A stretch of DNA of 64,000 nucleotides, taken from NCBI GenBank assembly GCA_965237805.1, contig OZ250153.1:832001-896000 (forward strand), read 5' to 3'. Of the stretch, positions 38,530-49,073 are shown one piece after another. A program made the translations under genes and the position numbers. Under the pieces are notes generated by a model. That model searched no databases. It saw nothing but the letters and a program-made list of their open reading frames with translations, and was not told the DNA's origin. How positions within the stretch are numbered: position 1 is the stretch's first letter; each line of letters begins with the position of its first letter. This DNA comes from Gammaproteobacteria bacterium (lineage in GTDB: Bacteria; Pseudomonadota; Gammaproteobacteria; JABABF01).

Positions 38530-39257
38530 ACGCAGTGTGCTTCTTCGTCACCGGTAGCGACACCGGTGTCGGCAAAACCCTCGCCTGCTGCGCCCTGCTC
38601 CACGCCGCTCGGCGGGATGGCCTGAGCACGCTGGGCCTCAAACCGCTGGCCGCGGGTGGCGAGCGGGTCGGCGGCCAGCTGCGCAACGGCGACGCACTGT
38701 TATTGCAACGGCACAGCAGTCGGCAACTGGACTACGACGCCATCAACCCGGTGGCGCTGGCGGCACCGATCGCCCCGCATCTGGCAGCCACCGATGCCGG
38801 CTTGCAGTTGGATGCTGGCACGCTGGCCACGCACTGCCAGCGCACGTTGGATGCCGAGCGAGTCGAGCTGGCGCTGATTGAGGGGGCTGGCGGCTGGCGG
38901 GTGCCACTTAGCGATGACGAGACGATGGCCGAGCTGGCGCAGGCGCTGGGCTACCCGGTGATCCTCGTGGTCGCCATGCGCTTGGGCTGCCTGAACCACG
39001 CCCTGCTCACCGCCGAGGCCATCGCGGGAGACGGACTGCGGCTGGCCGGATGGATCGCCAACAGCCCCGGAGGCGAGCCAATGCCACGCTTGGCCGACAA
39101 TGTCGAAACGTTGCGGCAGCGGCTGCCCGCCCCCTGCTTGGGTGTGATCCCACCACTGTCTTCGCCCGCGCCCGAGGCCGCTGCCGCGCAGCTGTCACTG
39201 ACGGCACTGCTGGGGGCGACCACAGCTGCTCGGCCACCCGCGCATGGTGGACAATAA
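38526..39257 (+). CDS. bioD: Dethiobiotin synthase
   Basis: FVTGSDTGVGKT, KPLAAG, EGAGGWRVP, LGCLNHALLT. Confidence 0.96.
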   Translation: MNAVCFFVTGSDTGVGKTLACCALLHAARRDGLSTLGLKPLAAGGERVGGQLRNGDALLLQRHSSRQLDYDAINPVALAAPIAPHLAATDAGLQLDAGTLATHCQRTLDAERVELALIEGAGGWRVPLSDDETMAELAQALGYPVILVVAMRLGCLNHALLTAEAIAGDGLRLAGWIANSPGGEPMPRLADNVETLRQRLPAPCLGVIPPLSSPAPEAAAAQLSLTALLGATTAARPPAHGGQ

Positions 39258-39313
39258 AGAGCGGCGGCGGGGCCTGGGGCTGCATCCACATCAATCATCT
39301 AGAGCGCTAGACC

Positions 39314-41062
39314 ATGACCATCCAGACAGCAGATTTTGATGCCATCGCACGGGACATGCACTTCATCATCAGCGAGGTGTTCCCCGAGCCGACAGCACAG
39401 CTGTCGGCGGCGGAGTTGCGCCCGCTGATCGAGCAGATCGCGCGACTCGCCGCCGAACAGATGGCCCCGCTGAACCAGTGCGGCGATGAGGTGGGTCTGC
39501 GGCTGGAGGATGGCGAGGTGTTCATGCCACCCGGCTTTGCCGAGGCTTGGCGACAGATCGCCGAGGGCGGCTGGCTCGCCATCGGTGGCGCAGAGGAATT
39601 CGGCGGCGTCCCGGCACCGCATGTGTTGCGCATGTGTGCGGACGAGCTGAGCAGCGCCGCCAACCTATCGCTGGGGCTGTTCGGCGGGCTGACGACAGCG
39701 GCCGCTCTGACCATCCGGCTACACGCTACAGACGAGCTGCGCCAACGCTGCCTGCCACAGCTGTACCGCGGCCAGTGGAGCGGCGCGATGTGCCTAACCG
39801 AAGCGCAGGCGGGTAGCGACTTGGGGCTGATCCGCAGCCGCGCCGAAGCAGATGGCGACGGCAGCTACCGCCTCAGCGGCAGCAAGATCTTCATCAGCGC
39901 TGGCCGCCATGACATGGTCGAGAACATCATCTACCTCGTGCTGGCGCGGCTGCCCGATGCACCACCCGGCCCGCGCGGGCTGTCGCTGTTCCTCGTCTCC
40001 TCACATCAGCTCGAGGCGGATGGCTCGCTGGGTGCCGCCAACACCGTGCGCTGCGAGCGTCTGGAGCGCAAGATGGGCATGCACGCATCGCCGACCTGTG
40101 TACTGGAATTCCGGGACGCGCAGGCCTTCCTCATCGGCTCACCCCACGCTGGCCTGCCCTGCATGTTCACGATGATGAACGATTCCAGACTGTCGGTCGG
40201 CACCCAAGGCTTAGGCTGCGCTGCCGCCGCCTACGCCCACGCCAGCCGCTACGCTGCCGAGCGCCTGCAAGGCAACGCCCCCGGCGCGGTGGACGCCAGC
40301 GGGCCTCAGCCCATCGTGGGCCACGCCGATGTGCGCCGTATGCTGCTCAGCCAGCGCGCACTGGTGGAAGGGGCGCGCGCCTTGGCGCTGCACGCCGCCC
40401 GCGTGCGCGACCGCGCCGAGACCGGAGATGCCGACAATACGGCGCAGCTGCAGCTGCTGATCCCAGTGGTCAAATCCATGCTCACCGACATCGGTATCGA
40501 AAGTTGCCTGCTCGCCCAGCAGATCTACGGCGGCCACGGCTACATCCGCGACCACGGCGTCGAGCAATTGCTGCGCGATGTGCGCGTCACCGCACTCTAC
40601 GAAGGCACCAACGGCATCCAAGCACGCGATCTGCTGGAGCGCAAGCTGCTGCGCGACGGCGGCGCGGCGGTCGAGCGCCTGTGCCAACAGATGGAGCGCA
40701 GTGCGCTGGCGGCGGGTGAGGATGCCGCCAGCCACTTCTGCGCCGGGCCACTGGCTGGGGCGGTCGGCCGCCTGCGACAGCTGAGCGGCGAGTTGCTACA
40801 GCGCTGCGGCGAGGAGCCCGCACTGGCTGGCTCGGCCGCCGTCGAATACCTGCAGCTCTTCGGCTACACCGCGCTGGCGTGGACTTGGACCGAGATGGTC
40901 ACCGCAGCGTTGCGGCGAACGCCGGGCGACCCACTGCGCGAGGCCAAGCTGGGGGTGGCGCGCTTCTATATGGCGCGAATACTGCCGCGCATCCGCGGCT
41001 TGGGCGAATCTGCACTGGCTGACAGCGATACCGTCATGGGGCTGGATGCCGAATTGTTCTGA
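39314..41062 (+). CDS. Acyl-CoA dehydrogenase
   Basis: MCLTEAQAGSDL, GSKIFIS, KMGMHASPTC, GGHGYI, LYEGTNGIQA. Confidence 0.94.
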   Translation: MTIQTADFDAIARDMHFIISEVFPEPTAQLSAAELRPLIEQIARLAAEQMAPLNQCGDEVGLRLEDGEVFMPPGFAEAWRQIAEGGWLAIGGAEEFGGVPAPHVLRMCADELSSAANLSLGLFGGLTTAAALTIRLHATDELRQRCLPQLYRGQWSGAMCLTEAQAGSDLGLIRSRAEADGDGSYRLSGSKIFISAGRHDMVENIIYLVLARLPDAPPGPRGLSLFLVSSHQLEADGSLGAANTVRCERLERKMGMHASPTCVLEFRDAQAFLIGSPHAGLPCMFTMMNDSRLSVGTQGLGCAAAAYAHASRYAAERLQGNAPGAVDASGPQPIVGHADVRRMLLSQRALVEGARALALHAARVRDRAETGDADNTAQLQLLIPVVKSMLTDIGIESCLLAQQIYGGHGYIRDHGVEQLLRDVRVTALYEGTNGIQARDLLERKLLRDGGAAVERLCQQMERSALAAGEDAASHFCAGPLAGAVGRLRQLSGELLQRCGEEPALAGSAAVEYLQLFGYTALAWTWTEMVTAALRRTPGDPLREAKLGVARFYMARILPRIRGLGESALADSDTVMGLDAELF

Positions 41063-41091
41063 GGGCGGGGGCCCCACCCTCATCGCCAAAG

Positions 41092-43026
41092 CTACTGCGT
41101 TGGCTGGTACCAGATGGCAGAACTGATCGCCCGCTCCTGTAGTCGCGACGGCTCGGGCGGCTCGATGCCCAGCCGCACCGCATCGTAGGCGGTCCAGCGC
41201 GGCGTCGGTATCTCCAACACCCGCGCATAGTAGAAGGCATCGCGGCCGGGCGCGAACTCGGCATCTTCCCACACCGCCGACAGCTCGGCGGCACCGATGC
41301 TGTTGTCGTAGCTGGGAACACTCAAATCCACCGTGTCGCCGACCGGGGGATAGGCCCCCGTCTGTGGATCCGGGTTGCGGTTGTCCGACACCGCCACATC
41401 GAAGATCTTCTCGCGACTCTCGCCTGCTGGCGTCACCCAAGCCTTGATGATCTGGATGCGATCCAAGTTGGCACCGTCCGGGTCTTTCATCGCCCATACG
41501 GCGAAACGCGGCCCGTGCTGGCTCGCGCGTGGGGATAACACACCACCCATCGGCACACCGCGGGCATAGGCCAAGATGAGCCGCTGGCGCAGTTTCGGCA
41601 GCTGCTGCGAATAGCGCCAGCCACCGAAGAAGCGCAGGCGGATGCGCGGTCCCGAGGTGGCATAGGTCTCGCGGTTGCGCATGGCATCGAACAGCGAAGC
41701 CCGCGTGTTTTCCTTAGCCCACACCGCTGCCAAGCCCATAGCGCTCCATTTTTTCACCACTTCGCTGGAGGCCGCTGACAGCAAAGAAGTGCCGAGCCGT
41801 AGCCCCGGGGTGCCGTCCATCGACGGCAGTTTGCCGTGGAACTTATCCTCCTCCACCGGTGCGCTGGCATTGTGCCCATCGCTACTGCCGATGAAGCCGA
41901 ATTGATAGGGGTTGAAGCCCGAGCTGTGACGCATCTCCAAGCCGGTGCGCAGCGCGTCCCGGGCATAGCTACCATTGGGCTTGCTGGGCAGCTGCTCAGC
42001 GCTCATGGTCTGATCCCAGATCTCAAAGTTGGCGAATTCGTCCTCGCTGGAGAGCACCGGATGGGTCTCCGACTGCCCCTTGACCTGCAAGATCTCGCTG
42101 ATGGGCTCGTTCTTCATGCGCACAGCGGCGTACTCCGCTGTCAAGGGCTCGCCGTTGAAATCGCGCTTGGCGTACATCCGGCCATTGCTGAGATTGGCGT
42201 TGTGGGGAATGGCAAGCATCTGCAGACCCGCCCGACGCTGCTCCTCCAGTGCCGCCCACAAATCCATCGGGTTGGGCGAATCCAAGGCGCTGAAGGGGTA
42301 GTCCGGTGCCCGCCCATCGCGGTAGATGACATTGCGGTGCAGGTTCTCGTCATTGGGCATCGAGGTCCACTCATAGCCGATGAAGGCGGTGAACACGCCT
42401 GGTTGGTTGTGGCGCTCGGCGGCATCAATAATCTGCTGCCAAGCGCGGGTGGACACACCCTCGGCCTGAAATTTGCTGAAGTGCTTGTCGCGCGCCGCAC
42501 GATTGGCGCGCATTTCCCGCTGCGTGACCCGAATCATATGCCAAGTGATTTTGAAGCGATTGCGGCTGTTCAGTGCCCGTCGCAGGCGGTCGTTGGAGCG
42601 CACATCATCGTCGCGCTCGGCGTGGCGGGGCAGGCCCAAAAATGCGGCATGGTCGGTGACGGCCGCAAAATCCAAAGGCCGGGAGAGTTGGATCGGATAG
42701 CCCACCGAGTGCTCGATCGCACCGCCCTTGGCGTAGATATAGGCCTCGTCCGGCGTCGCCTTGACGCCGAAGGTGTAGGCATCGAAAGACAGGCCGCTGT
42801 GGATGTGCAGATCGCCCCAGAACAGCTGGCGCTGGGCCTTGCGTGACACGGCGGCTTTGGGCGGCGGCGGGGCGGCCTCAGCCGGATCAAAGACCGGCGG
42901 CGGCGGTGTCTCCAGATGCCGCTCGCCACAGGCTGAGGCCAGCAGGGCCAGCAGGCAGAGAGCGGCCCAAGGTGCCAGCGCACATAAGCGTGGCGGCAGC
43001 CTGCGATGTGAGGATTGGCGTGACAT
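41092..43026 (-). CDS. DUF3604-family PHP-like metallohydrolase lipoprotein
   Basis: Lipobox LASAC, FWGDLHIHS, DFAAVTDH, YEWTS, HRNV, IPHNAN, YATSGPRI, YYARVLEIPTPRW. Confidence 0.85.
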   Translation of the reverse strand: MSRQSSHRRLPPRLCALAPWAALCLLALLASACGERHLETPPPPVFDPAEAAPPPPKAAVSRKAQRQLFWGDLHIHSGLSFDAYTFGVKATPDEAYIYAKGGAIEHSVGYPIQLSRPLDFAAVTDHAAFLGLPRHAERDDDVRSNDRLRRALNSRNRFKITWHMIRVTQREMRANRAARDKHFSKFQAEGVSTRAWQQIIDAAERHNQPGVFTAFIGYEWTSMPNDENLHRNVIYRDGRAPDYPFSALDSPNPMDLWAALEEQRRAGLQMLAIPHNANLSNGRMYAKRDFNGEPLTAEYAAVRMKNEPISEILQVKGQSETHPVLSSEDEFANFEIWDQTMSAEQLPSKPNGSYARDALRTGLEMRHSSGFNPYQFGFIGSSDGHNASAPVEEDKFHGKLPSMDGTPGLRLGTSLLSAASSEVVKKWSAMGLAAVWAKENTRASLFDAMRNRETYATSGPRIRLRFFGGWRYSQQLPKLRQRLILAYARGVPMGGVLSPRASQHGPRFAVWAMKDPDGANLDRIQIIKAWVTPAGESREKIFDVAVSDNRNPDPQTGAYPPVGDTVDLSVPSYDNSIGAAELSAVWEDAEFAPGRDAFYYARVLEIPTPRWTAYDAVRLGIEPPEPSRLQERAISSAIWYQPTQ

Positions 43027-43034
43027 AACAGCGA

Positions 43035-43422
43035 TTACCCCTCTTCTTGCTCGGTCTGCTCCTTGGCCATCTCAGTGGTAACTTCCATCAGCGCCATGCG
43101 CAGCTTGGACATCTTCGGATAGCCGACATATTGGGTCAAGAACAGCACCAGCTTCTCCAACTGCTCGGCACTCAGCTCCCCGTTCATCATCGAGGCGCGC
43201 GCTTGAATCTTAAAAGTCATCTCCTCGCCCTGCGCGGCGATCGCCCCGAGCAAGGCCAAGCGGCGGTCGCGGATGCTGAGTGCCTCATCCAGCCACAGCC
43301 GCCCGAACAGCGTCTCCAGCATATAGTCGTAGAACTCGTCTTGACCCTCCGGCGGCGGTGTCGGCAACTGGCCGCCATAGACCTCTTGGAGTTTTGCCAG
43401 ACCTTTGTCGCGCACACTAGCC
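43035..43422 (-). CDS. Carboxymuconolactone decarboxylase (CMD/AhpD-like) family protein
   Basis: LFGRLW...LSIRDRRL, QYVGYPK; ATG at 43422. Confidence 0.85.
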
Positions 43423-43436
43423 ATTGCTCTGCACTC

Positions 43437-44186
43437 CTATGGACGCATCAGCTGGCCGCCGTCGACATTGAGCACGTGGCCAGTGATCCACGAGGCTTCA
43501 TCCGACAGCAGGAAACGCACCGCGCGAGCTAAATCCAGCGGCGTGCCGATGCGGCCGATCGGCATACTCTTGAGCATCTCGCGCACATAGTCGCCAGCGT
43601 TCTGCTCTAGAGCCGGGGTGTCGGTGGGGCCAGGGGCGATGGCGTTGACCCGGATATTACAGTGCCCCAGCTCGCGCGCCAGCGAACCGGTGATGCCGTT
43701 CAGTGCCAGCTTGGCGACACCGTAGAAGCCCATATTCATCCACGCGGCGGTGGAGGATTGGTTGACGATGGCACCGCCGCCACGCTCTTTCATCAGCGGC
43801 ACGGCAGCGCGGCTCATGATCACCGCACCGTGCACATTAATGTGCATGAAGCGCGTCAAGTAGTCCAAGTCTACATTCATATAACCATCCAGCCGCATGC
43901 CGCCAAAGATGGCCGCATTGTTGACCAGATAGTCCACACCGCCAAAGCGCTCGGCGGCTGCCGCCGCACAGGCATTAGCCGAAGCCTCGTCGCCAACATC
44001 GGTGTGCGCAAACAGCGCCTCACCGCCACTGGCCTCGATTTCAGCAGCCACACGCTGACCGCCCTCCTCGTCCAGCTCGGCGACGACCACCTTCATGCCG
44101 TGCTCGGCGAAATGCTTGGCGTAGCCCTCGCCGATGCCCCGGCCAGCACCAGTGACGATGACAACTTTGTCTGTTTGATCGGTCAT
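43437..44186 (-). CDS. SDR-family oxidoreductase
   Basis: TGAGRGIG, NNAA, YGVAK catalytic motif, NAIAPG, VDGG; start placed at ATG 44186. Confidence 0.93.
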   Translation of the reverse strand: MTDQTDKVVIVTGAGRGIGEGYAKHFAEHGMKVVVAELDEEGGQRVAAEIEASGGEALFAHTDVGDEASANACAAAAAERFGGVDYLVNNAAIFGGMRLDGYMNVDLDYLTRFMHINVHGAVIMSRAAVPLMKERGGGAIVNQSSTAAWMNMGFYGVAKLALNGITGSLARELGHCNIRVNAIAPGPTDTPALEQNAGDYVREMLKSMPIGRIGTPLDLARAVRFLLSDEASWITGHVLNVDGGQLMRP

Positions 44187-44336
44187 GGGGGAATCCTTAG
44201 TAGGCGGATGAGATGATTTTAGCGTAAATGGGGGGTAAACAGTCCAGCAGATAGCATGCGTGATCCCCGACCCAATCAGCCATGCCGTGAGATCCGGCAT
44301 AGAACGGCACAATAGTCTGTAGTCACGTCAAATGAC

Positions 44337-45255
44337 TTACAAGAATTTCATCCAATCCTCCTCAGACAGAATTAATATCTGATGGCCTGCCTGATTGAAT
44401 TTCAGCGCCTTCTCTATCTTTTTTCCGTGTCGCTGAAATCGCCAATCCCTGCTAGCGATTGTCCCGATGATCAAAGCATCCAGCTTGGAAGAGATTGACT
44501 TGGATATTATGGCTCCCTTGGCTTTGGCTTTCGCTTCACAGTCCGTGCGGGTTCCCAGCAGAAATTTTCCAGTAAAGCATGTCCGTGTCCCTTGATGGGA
44601 AAATTCGGAACAATCAGTGGAAAACACCTCTGCCACTGAGCCTTCTGCATCTCCAGTCTCATCAAATCGGCTACCCGTGATTTGCTTCAGGGACTCCAAT
44701 AGATTTTGTTTGGATTTTTTTATTCCATTTACTCTACCTATTAAGACCCACAATGGCCACTTTTGTTTGGCTTCTTTGATTTCATTTACTCTATCTATTA
44801 AGACACACGCTGGCCACTCATGCGCTAAATATTCATTACGACCAAGCCATGTATCTAGGCTCGAAAGCTCTTCATCAGTTATTTCCCCGTCCGAGATAAT
44901 TCCCAATAATGGTCCGTGTAATGAATGAATACTATCCTCGGTTGATTGGCTTCCTTTCTGAAAACGAGGAACAGCTTGCATGATCCGTTCTTTTACTGCA
45001 TATAAATCTGATGAAGATATAGTGCCATCTTGTAGAACGCCCGCTATAACCGCGAGTAAATCTTGTGCATCTTGATTCTTATTCAAGTGATCTTGTGAGC
45101 GAATCCAAGAGTCTAAAAATAATATCTCCATGTCGCCTAGATTGCTATCAGCCATCACACCATTCAAAATTCCAAGAAGAGCATATGCTGATTTATCGGG
45201 ATTGCGCTTATTATTAAACGCAATAAGTGGTTGCGGGATTGGGCTGAAACGCCAT
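44337..45255 (-). CDS. TerB-like/BRCT-domain protein with an apparent +1 frameshift near its 5' end
   Basis: Two G..(A/S)D.....E...LD.W-type repeats, C-terminal BRCT-like CFTGKF..GTR...LIIG...W...HGKKIEKA...SEEDW; ATG 45255 joins the 44337-45167 frame if one base of GGG 45235-45237 is removed. Confidence 0.75.
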
Positions 45256-45256
45256 T

Positions 45257-46735
45257 TTATCTCATGTCCTCTAATGCCAGTGCTTCATTCACGCCCACTT
45301 TTCCTATTGGATGTGGTGTTGAAAATCGCTTGCCATTCAATACTTCAACCAGCGTTAATATTTGCATTCTTGGGTACTCAGCGCTTATCGTTTCCAGCAT
45401 TCCAGCGGCAGACATTTCTTGCAGAAAATTACGGCGCTTTGTGCTAGATAGTTCACGAACAATCAAGCCAGCCATCTTTGCCTCATCGCGTTCTAAAACT
45501 CCGCGCAAGTCCCTTACTGTATTTATCCCAACATTCTTGCCACCCTTGACCTCTATTGCCATGGAGTCAAGAGATTGATGCTTTGGAGATATTTGGAAAT
45601 AAATGCGCCCATCAATGCCGCCATCTGCCGTTCTCTTTGTCGTAACAAAGCCATTTATCGTTTCAACAATCCAGCGTTGGAATTGATACTTATCTTTATT
45701 CCATAGATCAAGAGCGCCTTCCACGTTGCTTGGCACACCATCCACTGTAAAATCCTCTCCATCTTTAAGACGATAATTTGTTTCTAGACGCTGTGTCACC
45801 ACTCTTCTTATAGCGTGATAGGCAATGTCTATACCTATCCATTTTCTTTCCAGTTCATGAGCTGCCGCAATAGTAGTAGCACAACCGCAGAATGGGTCAA
45901 ATACTACATCTCCTTTTTTAGAGCTGGCTAAGATAATGCGCCGCATTAGTTCAATGGGCTTTTGCGTAGGATAACCCAAGCGTTCTTTTGCTTGGCTATT
46001 TATATAGGGTATTTCCCATACATCCCGCATATTTGACCACCTATAAACTCCTTTTTCATCCTCAAAAAATGTTGTGTTTCCTGCCCCGTAATTTATTGTT
46101 CCTGCTTTACGGCCTGATGCTTTGGTATATGCTTTTTCTTTTTGCAATAAAAAATAAGATTTATTGCTAGCCTTGTAGAATAATATGGCATCGTGTTTTT
46201 TGGCGAAGTGTTTTTTACTGGCGCCGCCTGTTCTGTAAGCCCATATTATCTCATTCGTGAAGTTTCGGTGGCCAAAAATCGCATCCATAAGAGACTTTAT
46301 ATAATGAGATGCTGTTTGGTCGCAGTGCAAATAAATTGAACCCGTAGGGCGCAGAATCCTTTTCATTGCAACCAGCCTTTCCGTCATGTATAACAGGTAA
46401 GCAAGTAATCTGGGCTGTGTGTGGCGTAACGCTTGCATCCAAAGTTTCCATAGTTGTTGCGCTGCGTCCTCTATGCCGGCATTAGCAAGCAACACGGGCA
46501 TGTTCCTAATCACACTCATTCGCTCTGGTGTAAGAGTCCATATATCGCAAAATGCTTCCACTTGGTCTGGCAATTCGCGTCCAGTAGCATCTTTGTAAAT
46601 CAAGTTATATGCCTTATTAGAGTTAAAAGGCGGGTCTAGATAAATCAAATCCACGCTTTGCGATCGCATATCTTGCATGATAGACAGGCAATCACCATAG
46701 AACAATTTGTTTTTATGGCTTTTATTTTTCATCAC
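45257..46735 (-). CDS. N6/N4 DNA methyltransferase fused to a Mrr-like PD-(D/E)XK restriction domain
   Basis: LIYLDPPFNS, YPTQKP, DPFCGCATT; C-terminal FQRW...DGGIDG...IEVKGG. Confidence 0.88.
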   Translation of the reverse strand: MMKNKSHKNKLFYGDCLSIMQDMRSQSVDLIYLDPPFNSNKAYNLIYKDATGRELPDQVEAFCDIWTLTPERMSVIRNMPVLLANAGIEDAAQQLWKLWMQALRHTQPRLLAYLLYMTERLVAMKRILRPTGSIYLHCDQTASHYIKSLMDAIFGHRNFTNEIIWAYRTGGASKKHFAKKHDAILFYKASNKSYFLLQKEKAYTKASGRKAGTINYGAGNTTFFEDEKGVYRWSNMRDVWEIPYINSQAKERLGYPTQKPIELMRRIILASSKKGDVVFDPFCGCATTIAAAHELERKWIGIDIAYHAIRRVVTQRLETNYRLKDGEDFTVDGVPSNVEGALDLWNKDKYQFQRWIVETINGFVTTKRTADGGIDGRIYFQISPKHQSLDSMAIEVKGGKNVGINTVRDLRGVLERDEAKMAGLIVRELSSTKRRNFLQEMSAAGMLETISAEYPRMQILTLVEVLNGKRFSTPHPIGKVGVNEALALEDMR

Positions 46736-47335
46736 GCCGCCACCAAAGATTGAATGAACTCATCAAATAGATTTCCATGTTTTCTGTTGTTGTATTTGTA
46801 GCAGGATTCGGCAATATATAGATTTGAAAAAGTCTTGCTATAGTGGTGGTGAGCGCCATACCAAGCCCGTCTTATAAGGGACCCAAAACCCTCAATGGTG
46901 TTGGGATGAACTATGCCATCAACATACGCCATGGCATGCCTAATCGTTGCATGCCGCAGGCTCTTGTGCATTGAGCGATAGCCTTTATACTCGTCGATTA
47001 CTAGTAATGATGCGTCTTTATCCACATGCTTTGATACAAAGGCAGTCAGGATGTTGGCATTCACTTTTTTAGATGGCCTAGCAATGACTTTCCCTCCACG
47101 CTGAACAACGCCAATAACTGGCAACTTGCTAGTGCCTCTGCCGTGAGGGGAAGGCTTGTCAGAATCGCGTTTGCCGCTCTTCCGAGGTCTGCCGCCTACA
47201 TAGGTTTCATCCATCTCAACTACACCTTGCAGCAGTTCGCATGATGGTGCTTCTATCATCGCGGCGCGCAGATTCAAGGTGTTCCAAGCAAGCATCATGG
47301 TCAGGAAACTTTTGAAAGATACTAAAGAGATTCAT
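46732..47335 (-). mobile_element. IS1595-family transposase, internally deleted (non-autonomous)
   Basis: DDE core EMDETYVGG / IDEYKGY / NTIEG / YKYNNR; native N-terminus MNLFSIFQKFPDHDACLEHLESAR (ATG 47335) abuts RAAM out of frame at ~47265, so the Zn-ribbon/HTH region is absent. Confidence 0.85.
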
Positions 47336-47538
47336 AGCGTTATGCCTCTACAAGACGAATTCACTAGGCATTAGAATACCCAATTTTAGCCCATTTGCCA
47401 AGCCCGTAACTACTTATTGCGTAATTAAATCCCCGGATCACAGCTTGGCCATCCGGATCTAGCATGGGGGAATTTTGCATCATAGTTCGACAAGTGCAGT
47501 GATATAGCCAGCATCAGAACAAGCTGTTGCCCTACCCC

Positions 47539-49005
47539 TCAGACCCCAATCGCCACCGTCTTGGTCTCGAGGTGTTCCTCGAAGCCCTCCAGCCCCATCT
47601 CGCGGCCGATGCCGCTCTGCTTGTAGCCGCCGAAGGGGGCGTCGCCGGAATAGAAATTGCCGCCGTTGATATTGATGGTGCCAGTGCGGATGCGCTTGGC
47701 CACCGATAGCGCGCGCTCTTCGCTGGCCGAGCTGACACCGCCGGAGAGACCGTAGATGGAGTCGTTGGCGATGCGTACCGCGTCGTCGTCGTCCTCGAAG
47801 GTGATCACCGACAGCACCGGCCCGAAGATCTCCTCTCTGGCGATGGTCATGTCGTTGGTGACATCGGTGAAGATGGTCGGCTCGATGTAATAGCCCTTGG
47901 GCAGTCGCTCGGGCCGCTTGCCACCCATCAGCAAGGTGGCACCCTCTTGCTTGCCCTTCTCAATGTAGCCCAGCACCCGGTCGCGCTGGCGCTCGCTGAC
48001 CACCGGCCCCATGATCTGGTTCGCCGCCTCGGGATCGCCGTATTCAATGCCGCCGTAGTACTGCTTGAGCAGCTCCTCGGCCTCCTCGCGGCGGGAGGCG
48101 GGGATGAGTAGCCGCGTCGGTAATGCGCAGCCCTGGCCAGCGTGGAAGCAAACCGACAGCGTCGGCAGCAGCGCCGTACCCATGTCGGCATCGTCCAGCA
48201 CGATGTGCGCAGACTTGCCGCCCAGCTCCAAGAAGACCTTCTTCACCATCTCGGCCGCCTGCCCCATGACGCGACGCCCGGTGGCCGTGGAGCCAGTGAA
48301 GGAGACCATGTCGACGCGATCATCGCCGACCAGCTGCTCGCCCAGCGTCACCGGGTGGCTGGAAGTGACCACATTGAAGATGCCGGCCGGAATGTCGGTC
48401 TGCTCTTTGACGATGCGCCCCAGATGGGTCGCTGCCCACGGGGTCTCCACCGCTGGCTTGAGCACCACCGAGCAACCGGCCGCCAGCGCCGGAATGCTCT
48501 TGGCCAGATTGATTTGCATCGGCACATTCCACGGCGTGATGCAGGCGACGACACCGACGGGCTCCTTGTACACCGCGAGGCGACTGCGCCAGCCGAAGAC
48601 CTCGGACTCGCCCAAATCGCGGCTCCACTGAAAGTTCCCCAGCACCTGGATGGCAGCGGGGATGAAGCTGATCGCCGAATCGCAGATCGGGCCGCGGGCG
48701 ATGCCCATCGGCGCGCCGGCCTCAGCGGCTAGTGTCGGGCGAATCTCGTCCTGTGCGGCGACGAGGGCCTCGTGCAGCTGGCACAGGCAACGCTTGCGCA
48801 GCTCGTGGTCAGTGGCCCAGCCGCTCTCGTCGAAGGCGGCGCGGGCGGCGGCGATGGCGCGGTCCATGTCCTCGGCGGAGGCATCGGCCGTCTCGCCGAG
48901 GCACTCTTCGGTGGCCGGGCTGATGTTCGGGTAGCGCTTGCCACCGGCGGCCTCGACCAACTCGCCATCGATCAGCATCCGGGGCTCGGGGTTCAATGGG
49001 GACAT
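47539..49005 (-). CDS. Aldehyde dehydrogenase
   Basis: ITPWN, FTGSTATG, LELGGKS, GQGC, EEIFGPV, PFGGYKQSGIGRE. Confidence 0.96.
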   Translation of the reverse strand: MSPLNPEPRMLIDGELVEAAGGKRYPNISPATEECLGETADASAEDMDRAIAAARAAFDESGWATDHELRKRCLCQLHEALVAAQDEIRPTLAAEAGAPMGIARGPICDSAISFIPAAIQVLGNFQWSRDLGESEVFGWRSRLAVYKEPVGVVACITPWNVPMQINLAKSIPALAAGCSVVLKPAVETPWAATHLGRIVKEQTDIPAGIFNVVTSSHPVTLGEQLVGDDRVDMVSFTGSTATGRRVMGQAAEMVKKVFLELGGKSAHIVLDDADMGTALLPTLSVCFHAGQGCALPTRLLIPASRREEAEELLKQYYGGIEYGDPEAANQIMGPVVSERQRDRVLGYIEKGKQEGATLLMGGKRPERLPKGYYIEPTIFTDVTNDMTIAREEIFGPVLSVITFEDDDDAVRIANDSIYGLSGGVSSASEERALSVAKRIRTGTININGGNFYSGDAPFGGYKQSGIGREMGLEGFEEHLETKTVAIGV

Positions 49006-49073
49006 GGCGGTTGCTCCTGTAGCAATGCGTGGGGGAGATGTTCTGTGGGGGGGTTCAGGGCGATGACATCGGG

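Noticed and set aside
44255-44302. REP-like palindromes (CATGCCG...CGGCAT) flanking the AT-rich insert
   Set aside because: Too degenerate and not repeated clearly enough within the window to call.
45206-47434. 11-bp inverted match ACGCAATAAGT (45218-45228) / ACTTATTGCGT (47412-47422) as IS1595 terminal inverted repeats
   Set aside because: The left copy lies inside the reconstructed BRCT coding region, the outer bases do not match, and no target-site duplication is visible; the element ends remain undefined.
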